From Octopus sinensis (lineage: Eukaryota): a stretch of 64,000 bases of DNA. The stretch lies in the NCBI RefSeq assembly GCF_006345805.1, contig NC_043024.1, positions 15,438,001 through 15,502,000 of the forward strand, given 5' to 3'. The notes under the pieces were generated by a model, which saw only the letters and a list, made by a program, of their open reading frames with translations, was not told where the DNA came from and did no database searches. Each line of letters opens with the position of its first letter. Within the stretch, counting starts at the first letter, position 1. Positions 1 to 11,885 of the stretch are shown here, piece after piece. The translations under genes and the position numbers were made by a program.

Positions 1-2130
1 AATTAATCCAATAATAAATTCGATAATATCCTATAATTAATCCTATAACATCCTATAATTAATCTTATAATATCCAATGATTAATCCTGTAATATTCTTT
101 AATTAATCTTAAAATATCCTATAATTAATCTTATAGTATCCTATAATTAATCCTATAATATCCTATAATTAATCCTATAATATCATATAATTATTCCTAT
201 AATATCATATAATTAATCTTATAATGTCCTATAATTAATCCAATAATATCCTACAATTAATCTTATAATATCCTATAATTAATCCTATAATATCCGATAA
301 TTAATCTTATAATATCCTATTATTAATCATATAATATCGTGTAATTAATCTTATAATATCCTAAAATTAATCCAATAATATCTTAAATTAATCTAATAAT
401 ATCCTATAATTAATGCTATAATTAATCCTATAATATACTGTAATTAATCCTACAATATCCTATAATTAATCCTATAATTAATCATATAATACCCTGTAAT
501 CAATCCTACAATATCCTATAATTAATCATATAATATCCTATAATAACCTATAATCAATACCATAATATCCTATAATTAATCCTATAATACCCTGTAATAA
601 CTCCTACAATATCCTATAATTAATCCTATGATATCCTAAAATTAATCTATAATAACCCTACAATTAATCTTATAATATCCTATAAGTAAATCTATAATAT
701 CCTATAATAAATCCTATAATATCCTATAATAAATCCTATAATATCCTATAATTAATCTTATAATATCATATAATTAATCTTATAATATCCTATAATTCAT
801 CCTATAATATCCTTTTATTAATCATGTAATATCCTATAATTAATCCTATAATATCCCACAATTAATTTTATAATATCCTATAATTAATCCTATAAATAAT
901 CCTATAATATCCTCTAATTAATCTTATAATATCCTATAATTCATCCAATGATATCCTATAATTAATCTTATAATATCCTATAATTTATCTTAAAATACCC
1001 TACAATTAATCCTATAATATCCTATAATTATTCCTATTGTATACTATAATTATTCCTATAGTATCCTTTAATTAATCTTATAATATCCTATAATATCCTA
1101 TAATTAATCTTATAATATCCTATAATTAATCCTTTAATATCCTATAATTAATCTTATAATATCCTATAATTAATCCTTTAACATCCTATAATTAATCTTA
1201 TAACATCCAATAATTAATCCTATGATATCCTATAGTTATTCTTATAATATCCTATAATTAATCCTATAATAACCAATAATTGATCTTATAATATCATATA
1301 GTTAATCTTATAATATCCCATGATTAATCCTATAATATCCTATAATTAATCCTATAATATCCTATAATTATTCCTATAATATCATATAATTAATCTTATA
1401 ATATCCTATAATTAATCCAATAATATCCTACAATTAATCTTATAATATCCTATAGTTAATCCTATAATTAATCCTATAATATCCTATAATTAATCTTATA
1501 ATAACCTATAATCAATACCACAATATCCTATAATTAATCCTATAATACCCTGTAATCAATCCTACAATATCCTATAATTAATCCTATGATATCCTAAAAT
1601 TAATCTATAATATCCCATTATTAAATAATCCTAAAAGACCCTGTTATCAATCCTATAATATCCTATAATTAATCCTATAATATCCTATAATTAATCCTAT
1701 ATATCCTATAATTAATCCTATAAAATCCTATAATTATTCCTATAATATCCAATAAATAATCTTAAAATATCCTATAATTAAGTTTATAATATCCTATAAT
1801 AAATCCTCTAATATCCTATAATTAATCTTATAATATCCTATAATTAATCCTATAATATCCTATAATTAATCTTATAATATCCTATAATTAATCCAATAAT
1901 ATCCTACAATTAATCTTATAATATCCTATAATTAATCCTATAATATCCTATAATTAATCCTATAATATCCTATAATTAATCCTATAATATCCTATAATTA
2001 ATCTTATAATACCCTTTAATCAATCCTACAAAATCCTATAATTAATCCTATAATATCCGATAATTAATCTTCTAATATCCTATTATTAATCCAATAATAT
2101 CGTGTAATTAATCCAATAATATCTTACAAT
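1..2130. repeat. AT-rich minisatellite, about 22-bp unit (TATAATTAATCC + TATAATATCC), almost G-free on the + strand
   Basis: Unit is repeated with point variants across the whole interval and is open at the window start. Confidence 0.95.
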
Positions 2131-2470
2131 TAATCTAATATGCATGTATGTATGTATATATATATATATATATATGCATGTATGTACGTATATATATATA
2201 TATGTATATGCATATGTATATGTATATGTATATATATACATACACACACATATATATATATGTATATGTATATATATACATACATATATATATATATATG
2301 TATATATATGTATATATATATATATATATACACATACATAGATATATACACATACATATATATATACATATATAAATATTGAGGTTTTAAGTGCTTATGT
2401 ATATATATATATATACACACACACACAGAAAGAAAGAGAGATATGCATATCTATATATATATGTGCGTTT
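2131..2470. repeat. (TA)n/(TG)n/(CA)n compound microsatellite
   Basis: Visible directly; source of the spurious YI-repeat ORFs. Confidence 0.95.
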
Positions 2471-2931
2471 GTATGCACGTGTATGTACATACATACATTC
2501 ATAATAAAGAGGAAAACGGAATAGTTCACCTAAAACTCATGCATGCCATGTGTTTGGTGGTTTTCAATTATTTAAACAAATCTACAGTATTTGTTGCATG
2601 TTGATTCGGAGTTCAGCACGCTACAATATGTATCATCAGCGGATTATATATCCAAAAAAGAAGACACTCTAAATGTAAGACACATAACGTGCTTACAGAA
2701 TTGACTAATGGCTTGCATTCATAAAGAACTATAAAGCTAAGTGCTGTAAGCATGCAGAACCATTCCATATATAGAGTGACCAGCCATATAATTAGCTTCC
2801 TATAAATATATATGTATATGTATATTTAATTTAAAATTTAATAAGGGTAGAAATTGATATTAATCAATTAAAACCAGTGGCCCAGCATATTAAAAAATCC
2901 AGAGATTAAAATATTTTTGCATACAAAATTT

Positions 2932-3147
2932 AAAGGACTGAACACTAAAAGTGGACGGTCAAGATGCTAGATATAGACGTCAAGTCGCTATTTTCCACAA
3001 AGAATATGTTCTCAAATAAAAACTCAGCACAAAACCAAAGCATTAAAAATATTTTATTTATTTGAGAACATATTTTTTGTGGAAAATAGCGATTTGACGT
3101 CTATATCTAGCATGTTGACCGTCCACTTTTTGAGTGGTCAGTCCTTT
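2932..3147. repeat. About 90-bp inverted repeat with a 36-nt spacer
   Basis: Arm 2932-3020 (aaaggactgaacactaaaagtggacggtc...tctcaaataaa) is the near-perfect reverse complement of 3057-3147. Confidence 0.92.
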
Positions 3148-3178
3148 ATCTATGTATATGTATATATAGTCAACATAC

Positions 3179-3292
3179 CTTTTGTTTAGGATAACCAACA
3201 ACTGTAGGAATCACTTTTCTTTCTTCATAATCACCTCCAAAACCAGCTTTACACATATATGATCCATGATCAATAACAATGGAAGCAACCAT
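3179..3292 (-). CDS. First coding exon of a divergent actin-family (actin-like/ARP) gene
   Basis: Translates [38 protein letters not shown], aligning to actin [36 protein letters not shown]. Ends in AAG|GTATGT (phase 0) at the actin 41/42 intron position. Candidate acceptor tttctatacatcag lies about 34 nt upstream of the ATG. Confidence 0.85.
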
Positions 3293-3686
3293 GCTTGTGT
3301 TTTTAGGTTGGATAGAATATTTCTGGCTGATGTATAGAAATATTAATGTTCAGTTTCTTAGTGTTGTGGCTTGTGGGATGTGAGCTTGTCTCAAATTTAG
3401 CTTCTGGTCCTTGGTAAGAGTAAAAATGTTATGGGAAAACAGGTACGATAGTAATTTATATACGTTTCATATTCTGTTGAACTGACCAATAAATTTTACT
3501 GTTTGCAAAACAAGGAAGTTTTCTTCATAGAAAATACGTATATGTTTTCAGTAACTAGATACAAGGGTGTTTAAAAAAATGTGATAAACCATACATTTGT
3601 TCACATGATATTATTGTATAAATATTTTAGAACAAACAATTCTTCCTTGTAAGATATTTTCTTCACTGGAATTCTCTTCCTGGTCC

Positions 3687-3689
<3 letters not shown>

Positions 3690-3717
<28 letters not shown>

Positions 3718-3763
3718 CATATATGAATATATATGAATGTATCTATATAATCTATGTGTGTGT

Positions 3764-3816
<53 letters not shown>

Positions 3817-4009
3817 CATATATGTATGTATATATATATATATACATATATATACACACACATATATATACACATACACATCACACACACATATAGATAT
3901 ATACAAGTTTGTATATACAAATATGTTTATAAATCTATATGTATTTATAAGTTTATATACAAACACATATGTCCACAAACACACATATATACTTATATAC
4001 ACATATATA
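3690..4009. repeat. (TA)n/(CA)n microsatellite
   Basis: Visible directly. Confidence 0.9.
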
Positions 4010-5293
4010 CAGGGTGAGATGGGTAAATTGTCTCCATTTTATATTTTTTATTGTACGCATGCTCATTGTTTGTTTTTAATTTTCTCAACTACACAGCATA
4101 GTAGGGTCAGTTGGGCACCATCTGTGAGGAAAACAATACTATGGCCAGAAATTTTTAAATGACATGCTGTATAGCTTGGCATTCATCCTGGAAGCTATTT
4201 CCCGTATGAACATTTCGGATTGTTGGGTGTCATCTGAGGACAGCGCAGAGGATTCGGGAAGAGTTTGAATGAGTCTATTGTTGATTATGAAGATATGGCA
4301 GCTCAAAAAACTCACTCTGATCATTCTGATAAGAAAAGAACTCTTGACCTTGTTGGTGAGGTTCAAGACATGGATTGATAACGACCCCTTCCAAGACAAT
4401 CAGTTCCATCACCAGGGACATGGGAATGTCTGAGTTTCTTATCAGACAGGTAGTGTGTGAAGCAATTTGGTATTCCTCATACAAGACGAGAAACAACCAG
4501 TTTTTATCCCAAGCCATTAAGGACAAGAGGAAAGACTCCTCTACGAAGTTTTTGAACAAACTCAAGTATCACCTCCAACCGAACATGCATTGGTTTTTCT
4601 CTGACAAGAAAAATTTCTCCCAGGATCAGATGGTAAACACACAGAACAACTGTTGGCTTGCTGTGCCCCGAAAACATGTACCGAGAATGATAAAAATCAA
4701 GCAACCAGTTAACATCATGGTGTCTGGAGTGATCACTAGCGATGGCGAGGTTATGCCACTGATCATCTTTCCACACGACCTCACACTCAACATGGGAACC
4801 TACATCAAGTGCCTGGAGGAGGTAGTGCTGCCTTGGGTCAAGATGGTGACTACTGGAAGACCATATGTCTGGTAAACAGGACTCTGAACCATATCACACA
4901 AGCAGGAGAATCCAGTCATAGCTGTCTGACAATTTCTGCGATCACACCACCCCTAACATCTAACTCCCCAGACTGCAACCCCTTTGATTATGTGTGGGGT
5001 ACATGTGAGCAAGAGACCAACAAAACTCCTTGTAACACCAAAGATGAACTGAAGGCAAGGATTATGGCAGCATTCACCAACTTGAACAAGGAGACTGTCC
5101 AGAAGGGTTGAGGAGATTCCAAAGTCGTCTGGCAGGTGTGATTTAAGCCAATGGCGATTTTATTGAACAAATTTACTTTTTATTATTTCAAGATATTTTT
5201 ATGTAATTTTAGTAAATATATCTGTTAAAATGAGATGTCAGTGTTATTTTCATTTTGGTGTAAGTTAGATGACAATTTATTCACTGCACCTTG
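4010..5293 (+). mobile_element. Degraded Tc1/mariner transposon, maT (DD37D)-type
   Basis: TA|CAGGGTG...TAAATTGTC left TIR and GACAATTTA...CACCTTG|TA right TIR. Transposase motifs FSDKKNF, GRPYVW, NSPDCNPFDYVW, with stops and frameshifts. Confidence 0.9.
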
Positions 5294-5294
5294 T

Positions 5295-5372
<78 letters not shown>

Positions 5373-5489
5373 TCAATAAATGGTGGGGTGTGTTGACCGC
5401 ACGTGGAGAAATGATAAGTAGGAAAAATTTTTTTTAATGCAGAATGCTCAAATGAAAAAAAATTTTAATAAAATGAGAAATTGATAAAA

Positions 5490-8407
5490 TATATAAATAT
5501 ATATTTATTCAACCGGTTTTCGTCATTGTATGACTTGTCAAGAATATTTATGTTTTAAAACGTTTTTTCAAAAATTAGAAAGGGGAAAAAAAGAAAATTG
5601 CATTTGTTTTTGCAAAAGAATAATGATAAAAATGTACAAAAATTAAAAAATAAGTACTCCGATACATTGTGGAGTTCATTGTGTATCTTACGTTTTATGA
5701 TTGTTCACGAAAAATTACCTTGAGGTATTAAGATCCAAAGGGATTAAGAGCATGTGTTGTGTGGTTTAATTCAGCATGTTTGCAGGACAGGGAAGTAGTA
5801 GTAATTGTGGTTCTTCAGTTCCTGTGTTGTGAGTAAGGGGAGACGACTCTTTTGAGTTCTTCAATAAAACCCAAATTATAAAATTATCATTTTAGCTTCA
5901 TTTGCGTTATCTTTTTATATAATTGCTTGTTACCTTATTTCAGATTTTAACACTTTATTTATATTATTTTCTAATTATATAAATCTGCATAGACAATTGC
6001 ATTTCAAATTGTCATATCATTTATAATAAAAATGATAGTAATAACAACCATAGTAAAAATGATATTTAAAGAATATAAGTTTTAGCTTGAAGTGATGAAT
6101 GCATGGTATCTTTTATATATTTGTGTTAGTCCATCCATGAAGAGTGAGGTAGAGAAAGGAAGTTTGATCACGAGGAGTTTGCATATTAAGTTGTGTTGGA
6201 ATTTTTCAATAAAGCGATTCCCTTGTTAATTCTCTCCTGTGTGGTGATCCCGTCTTTAACATTGGTAGAAGGGGAATATAATAGAATTTGGGGTTTAAGT
6301 CTTTAGCACATAGTCTAAGTGGTCACTCAGTGGAATTTGTCGGTATTCCGGAGATTTTTTGTTCTTTATGCACCGTTACTCGTTTACGTAACGGAGACTC
6401 ATTTGTCCAACATAATTATGTTGGCACCCAGTGCATGTGAGAACGTAGATAAGGTTCTCGGAGGAAAGAGAAGTTAGTCTTGATTTTAAACTTCGTACCT
6501 TGTTTGAAGGTAATTCAGAGCCTTCAAGTAGAAAGGGGCAGGTACCACAGTTTGAGCGTGCACATTTTTTAACTGTTGGGGGTGGATGTGGTGTGTGAAG
6601 TTTGGCATTTGTCAAGAGTTTTTTTAAAGATTTGTGTTGCCTTTTACATTTGAGGATTTTGTGTGTATTTATAATGTTTTTCATTTTTGGGTCTGTTGAC
6701 AGTAGACTGAGGTTTGTATGATGTGGTGTATGCTTCGATATTTTGGGGTTGTGGGTGGAAATGTATGGAAGTATTTTGAGGTTGTGTGGTGTTTAGGTTG
6801 GTGGTTTTCAGTGTAGTGTTGTCTAGTTCTTTGGCGCGTTTTATTCCATACTCTATAAGGGTGGAGGGATATTGACGTTGTAATAGTGTTTTTTTGAGGT
6901 CTTGAAGGCGTATTTCTCGTGTTTTGGGATCCGAGACAATGGTGCATACCCTTTTAGCTAAATTGAAAGGGATATTTGTCTGGTGTGTTTTGGGTGGCAT
7001 GAACTAAAGAGGAGGTATTGTTGTGAGTCTGTGGGTTTTGGTAGATGTCTGTTATGATTTGGTTCTTAGGTTCTTTATAATTAGGAGATCAAGGAATGGG
7101 AGATGATGTTTGCTTAATTCCATAGTGAATTGGATGTTGGGATGTATGTTGTTTAGTATGGTTTTGAATTCCAGGAGTTTTTCATAAGGGTTCTTTCCAT
7201 ATGATGAAACAATCATCTAAATACCTTTTCCAGTTTTCCATTAGGTAGGTGTGGAAAACATGTCCAAATTTCTGGCTTGATATTTTCATAGAGTGACAGT
7301 TCGAAGTAACCCATTATGAGGTTCGCAAGGACTGGTGCCAGCCTTGGTACCCACGCAATGCCACATTTTTGACGGTAGTGTGTGTTGTCGAAGAGAAAAA
7401 ATTGTTTGTCAGAATGAACTTGAGAGATTCTGTAATAAAAGACTTGTTAATGCGGTCAGGGAATGTCTCTGGGGTTTTTCTAGCCAGAAGTCAATTGCCT
7501 CTATACCATACTCAGTGGGATGTTTGTGTAAGGTTGATGACATCAAAGGATACCAGGAGTGCCTCCTCGTTAACTGTTTTCGGAGGTGTTTGAGCATGTC
7601 CAGATCATCCTAATGAAACTTTTGATGTGGGTAAGGAAGGTTTCAAAAGGATGTCTAGGAATTTACTCATGCGGTGTGTTTCACAGGAGGTACCAGCCAC
7701 GATGGGCTTAGTTTAGGTCCTCCGGTGCTTTAATGTTGATGTGGATGTCAGTGGAGAGTTTGCAGGCTTCGGTGATGTATTTTTTTTTTGGATTTTAGGA
7801 AGGCCATAAAAAAGGCTGGGCTTGCATTTGAAAATGGTGATATAATCCCTTTCTTTTTCTGTGAGTCCCTGACCGTGTTGGCGTATGAGTGTGGTGAGGT
7901 TTCTGATTGTTTTTGCTGTTTGTAGTTGTTAATAACCTCATAGAAATGTTATTGTTAAGCATGGAAAACACTAGGTTTTATAAAATTCCGTGTCCATAAG
8001 GACCACAGCACTCCCTTTGTGTCCGCTTCTTTGATGGTGAGGTTTTTATCCAGTTGTATGTCACGTAGGTTTTCCCATTCTCCATCTTCCTTAACTGAAA
8101 TTGGATTTTACCTACTTGGTTGTGCTTGGGGTAAAGGGGAGACTCTGGATGTGTTTTGCAGAAATCGTCCAGTGTTTTATTTCTCCCTTTTGGTGGTAGG
8201 AAGTTGCTTTTTATTTCTGAACAATGAATCATCCCCATTGTTGATATCTGTCAAAGCTTCTGTTAGGCGAAGTTTCTACAGAATTCAGAAACGTCATCCT
8301 TGACTCCTCCGGGTTTGGGTGTTCTTGGGGTGGGTGTGAATTTCAAACCTCTTGCTAGGATGTTGATTTGGGTTGGTGTCAGTGTTTTGCTGGAGAGGTT
8401 TATAATT
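5490..8407 (-). mobile_element. Penelope-like retroelement (RT + GIY-YIG), 5'-truncated, frameshifted
   Basis: Minus strand, 5' to 3': IINLSSKTLTPTQINILARGLKFTPTP (about 8400), RT motifs GIA-GTK and RYLDDCF (about 7200-7360), HQTNIPFNLAKRVCTIVSD, GIY-YIG LIYVLTCTGCQHNYVGQ (about 6410-6470), IFPFYQC...FIEKFQHNLN (about 6190), then a 3' UTR with a hammerhead-like motif. Confidence 0.9.
5506..5546 (-). ncRNA. Degenerate minimal type-I hammerhead at the PLE 3' end
   Basis: Minus: TATTC-TTGACAA-GTCA tacaa TGAC-GAAA-ACCGGT-T-GAATA. Helices intact; core has two substitutions versus CUGANGA. Confidence 0.55.
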
Positions 8408-9075
8408 TTCTGGCTAGAAAAACACCCAGAGACATTCCCTGACCGCATTAACAAGTCTTTTATTACAGAATCTCTCAAGTTCATTCTGACAAACAATTTT
8501 TTTCTCTTCGACAACACACACTACCGTCAAAAATGTGGCATTGCATTGGGTACCAAGGCTGCACCAGTCCTTGCGAACCTCATAATGGGTTACTTCGAAC
8601 TGTCACTCTATGAAATATCAAGCCAGAAATTTGGACATGTTTTCCACACCTACCTAATGGAAACTGGAAAGGTATTTAGATGATTGTTTCATCATATGAA
8701 AGAACCTTATGAAAAACTCCTGGAATTCAAAACCATACTAAACAACATAACATCCCAACATCCAATTCACTATGGAATTAAGCAAACATCATCTCCCATT
8801 CCTTGATCTCCAATTATAAAAACACCTAAGAACCATATCATAACAGACATCTACCACAAACCCACAGACTCACAACAATACCTCCTCTTTAGTTTATGCA
8901 CCCAAAACACCCAAGACAAATATCCCTTTCAATTTAGCTAAAAGGGTATGCACCATTGTCTCGGATCCCAAAACACGAGAAATACGCCTTCAAGACCTCA
9001 AAAAAACACTATTACAACGTCAATATCCCTCCACCCTTATAGAGTATGGAATAAACGCGCCAAAGAACTAGACAA
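8408..9075 (+). mobile_element. Inverted near-identical duplicate of PLE segment 6819-7489 (RT domain)
   Basis: ORF 8300-8683 FLFDNTHYRQKCGIALGTKAAPVLANL; YLDD at about 8675. Differs from the minus copy mostly by homopolymer indels; ends at the gap. Confidence 0.9.
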
Positions 9076-9175
9076 NNNNNNNNNNNNNNNNNNNNNNNNN
9101 NNNNNNNNNNNNNNNNNNNNNNNNNNNNNNNNNNNNNNNNNNNNNNNNNNNNNNNNNNNNNNNNNNNNNNNNNNN
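9076..9175. other. 100-N assembly gap
   Basis: Run of N. Confidence 1.
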
Positions 9176-9545
9176 GTAAGACAACAACAGAAATGAAGAG
9201 AGACCTCGATATTATGTAAATAGAGGAATTTATCTGTAAATGTAATATGTGACAATCATTCGGTAGCCATGATAAAACTCTGAGTTTCGGATGTCATGTG
9301 GGCTTATGCAAATACTATGAACATTCTTACTCCTTTACCTTTACTCTCTCCTCTTACTTAGCGGTCATTCTGATAGCTCTTCTTGTCTTAATAATGGTCA
9401 ATCACACAGTAATTTCCCTTTGTTTAACGATCATTTTCATAGCATTTTTTCTGATGGCCGGATAACTGAATAGATTTCCACCCCAACATCTGAAACTCGG
9501 AGTTTTATCATGGCTAATTGTCACATATTACATTTACAGATATGT
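9176..9545. mobile_element. Hammerhead-bearing repeat family B, two partial copies in inverted arrangement
   Basis: 9232-9295 and 9481-9542 are reverse complements (atctgtaaatgtaatatgtgacaat...gataaaactc-gagtttc-gatgt); same family recurs at 19716-19890. Confidence 0.75.
9461..9509 (+). ncRNA. Hammerhead-like motif (family B), degenerate
   Basis: GATAA-CTGAATA-GAT..ATC-T-GAAA-CTCGGAG-T-T-TTATC: helix I GATAA/TTATC, near-palindromic helix III ACTC G GAGT, G8 mutated. Confidence 0.55.
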
Positions 9546-10463
9546 GTGTGTATGTGTGTGTCCTTGTGTGTGTACATATTTGTATATATTTATATGTATA
9601 TATATATATATATTTGAAGTAAGATTTTCTAAAAACTTATGAACTATTTAAAAACTGATCTTAAAAAAATGGAACAACAGGAACTTTTTGGAATGAAGTT
9701 TACATTTGTTCAATGTTTCTAGCATGTTATGAAGAAATCTATGAGTTTCTTTAAAATAGCTAATAATTTAAGAAAATCTTTCTCCAAACACTCTTGTCTG
9801 TATCATGTATTTTTTGCAAAACCTTTTAAATATACATACATACATTTACATAGAAACATATATACACAGAAATACAAATTTGTGCAAAATTAACATCAAG
9901 ACTAACAGCATACTTGGTGTTAAAATGTCATTTGAAATCAACAATGCAGTGTGATTGTTGTTTGAGTGAAAAATTATGAATTCTGTTACAAAATAGTAAT
10001 GGTTTAAACAAAAGAACTGAATTGTCAGCACACTGTAAACATGGTGTTAATTATCTTTTACGTAACTACCACCATTTTTGAATTTTAGCTTCGTTCAAGG
10101 AGCAATAACATTGTTTTGAAAGTGATTTAAAAAAAAAAAATTTCTTTTTAAATATTACTTAAATTATTTTAAATAGTACAACAAACAATTTTATGAGTGT
10201 AGTTCTTAGAATGACTTTTCATACATGGTGCATTTTTATGAGACAAATGAAATGAAAGAGCTTGAAACATCCAATTTTGCAAAACCACTCGCATAATATT
10301 TTTAAGTGAAAGAAGCCCACCATGTGTGTGATTAGTATATATATATATATATATATATAGTAAAAGCAATTAAGATACAAGTGAGTTCTATTGAATTCAC
10401 ATGAATGCGGTACTTAACTTAGATGCACCAGAAATCTATATGCTATTAACCATAAAATAAAAT

Positions 10464-10498
<35 letters not shown>

Positions 10499-10601
10499 TA
10501 TATAACGTTTTTTTGAAACAATCTTAATAGCGTTCAGTTAATCACTACACATAACATTCATTTTCTGTTAAAATGGCTTATTGACGGGTTTCATTTCTTC
10601 A

Positions 10602-10685
10602 CTTCCCTGAAGAGATTACATTGTTTTACATGATTTTATCCCTTTGGAATAATACCAGTGATATCTTCGAAACATGTATCGGAAG
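10602..10685 (+). ncRNA. Possible degenerate hammerhead
   Basis: CTTCC-CTGAAGA-GAT...ATC-TTC-GAAA-CATGT-A-TC-GGAAG; palindromic ACATGT helix III, but extra nucleotides at two junctions. Confidence 0.4.
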
Positions 10686-10717
10686 TAAAAGGATTTGAAT
10701 AACACCTGCATTTAACT

Positions 10718-10786
<69 letters not shown>

Positions 10787-10801
10787 TATATATATATACA
10801 T

Positions 10802-11021
10802 TTCTTTACTACCCACAAGGGGCTAAACACATAGAGGACAAACAAGGACAGACAAATGGATTAAGTCGATTATATTGACCCCAGTGCGTAACTGGTACTT
10901 AATTTATCGACCCCGAAAGGATGAAAGGCAAAGTCGACCTCGGCGGAGTTTGAACTCAGAACGTTCGGCAGACGAAATACGGCTTCGCATTTCGCCCGGC
11001 GTGCTACTGCCAGCTCGCCGC

Positions 11022-11024
<3 letters not shown>
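10802..11024 (-). mobile_element. tRNA-derived SINE family F1 (central domain resembles the Meta domain)
   Basis: Head TGGCAG..AGCACGCC, B box GAGTTCAAA-TCC, core gtcgactttgcctttcatcctttcggggtcgataaattaagtacc; many copies in the window. Confidence 0.8.
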
Positions 11025-11092
<68 letters not shown>

Positions 11093-11672
11093 TATACATA
11101 TATATACATACATATATATACATATATATATATACTCATATATCAATTATATCTTTTATGTATATATCAGTGTGTAGCTTTGTGTTTAAATTGTGTTTGT
11201 CAACCACCACTGCTCAACAACCGGTGTTAATTCATTTACATCCCCATAACTTAACGGTTTGGCAAGAGAGACAGAGACTGACAGAATAAGTACCAGTCTC
11301 TCAAAATAAGGAGCAGGTGGATTTCTTTGACCCATGAACCCTTCAAGCAGTGCCCTAGGATAGCGACACACTAACGACTGGAACAAATAAAGTAAACTAA
11401 GTATATACAAAACGCATTTTGCACTTAATTATTTTATCCACCGAAAAAGGCGGAGACCTGGCAGAGTCATTAGCAGGCTGACCGAAATACTTAGTAGCAG
11501 TTTGGCCATCTTTCTGTACTTAGTTCAAATTCTGCCGAGGTCAACTTTGTCTTTTTTCCTTTCAAGTTTGATAAAATAAGTACCAGTTGAGTATTGGGGT
11601 CAATGTAAACGACTTACCCCATCTCCTTAAATTACTAGCCATGTGCTTATAGAAGGTTATTTTTCTGTCTTA

Positions 11673-11885
11673 AGGTGGCAAGCTGGTAGAATTGTTAGGA
11701 AACTGGGAAAAATGCTCAGCAGTATTTCAGCCGTCTTTCTGTACAGAGTTCAAATTCCTTCAAGGTTGACTTTGCTCTTCATCCTTTTGGGGTCGATAAA
11801 ATAAAGTACCAGTTAAACACTGGCGTTAATGTAATCGACTTACCCCCTCCCCCGAAATTGCTGGCCTTGTGCTAAAATTTGAAAC
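11673..11885 (+). mobile_element. SINE F1-like copy (a second degraded copy at about 11440-11640)
   Basis: Same head and core as 10802-11024. Confidence 0.7.

Noticed and set aside
2691-2751. gcttacag/ctgtaagc stem enclosing a hammerhead-like topology
   Set aside because: Neither CUGANGA nor GAAA is present; too degenerate to support.
2700-2800. Possible next actin-like exon after the acceptor-like atttatag (minus strand)
   Set aside because: The phase-0 frame (EANYMAGHSIYGMVLHAYST*) stops early and does not align convincingly to actin residues 42 onward.
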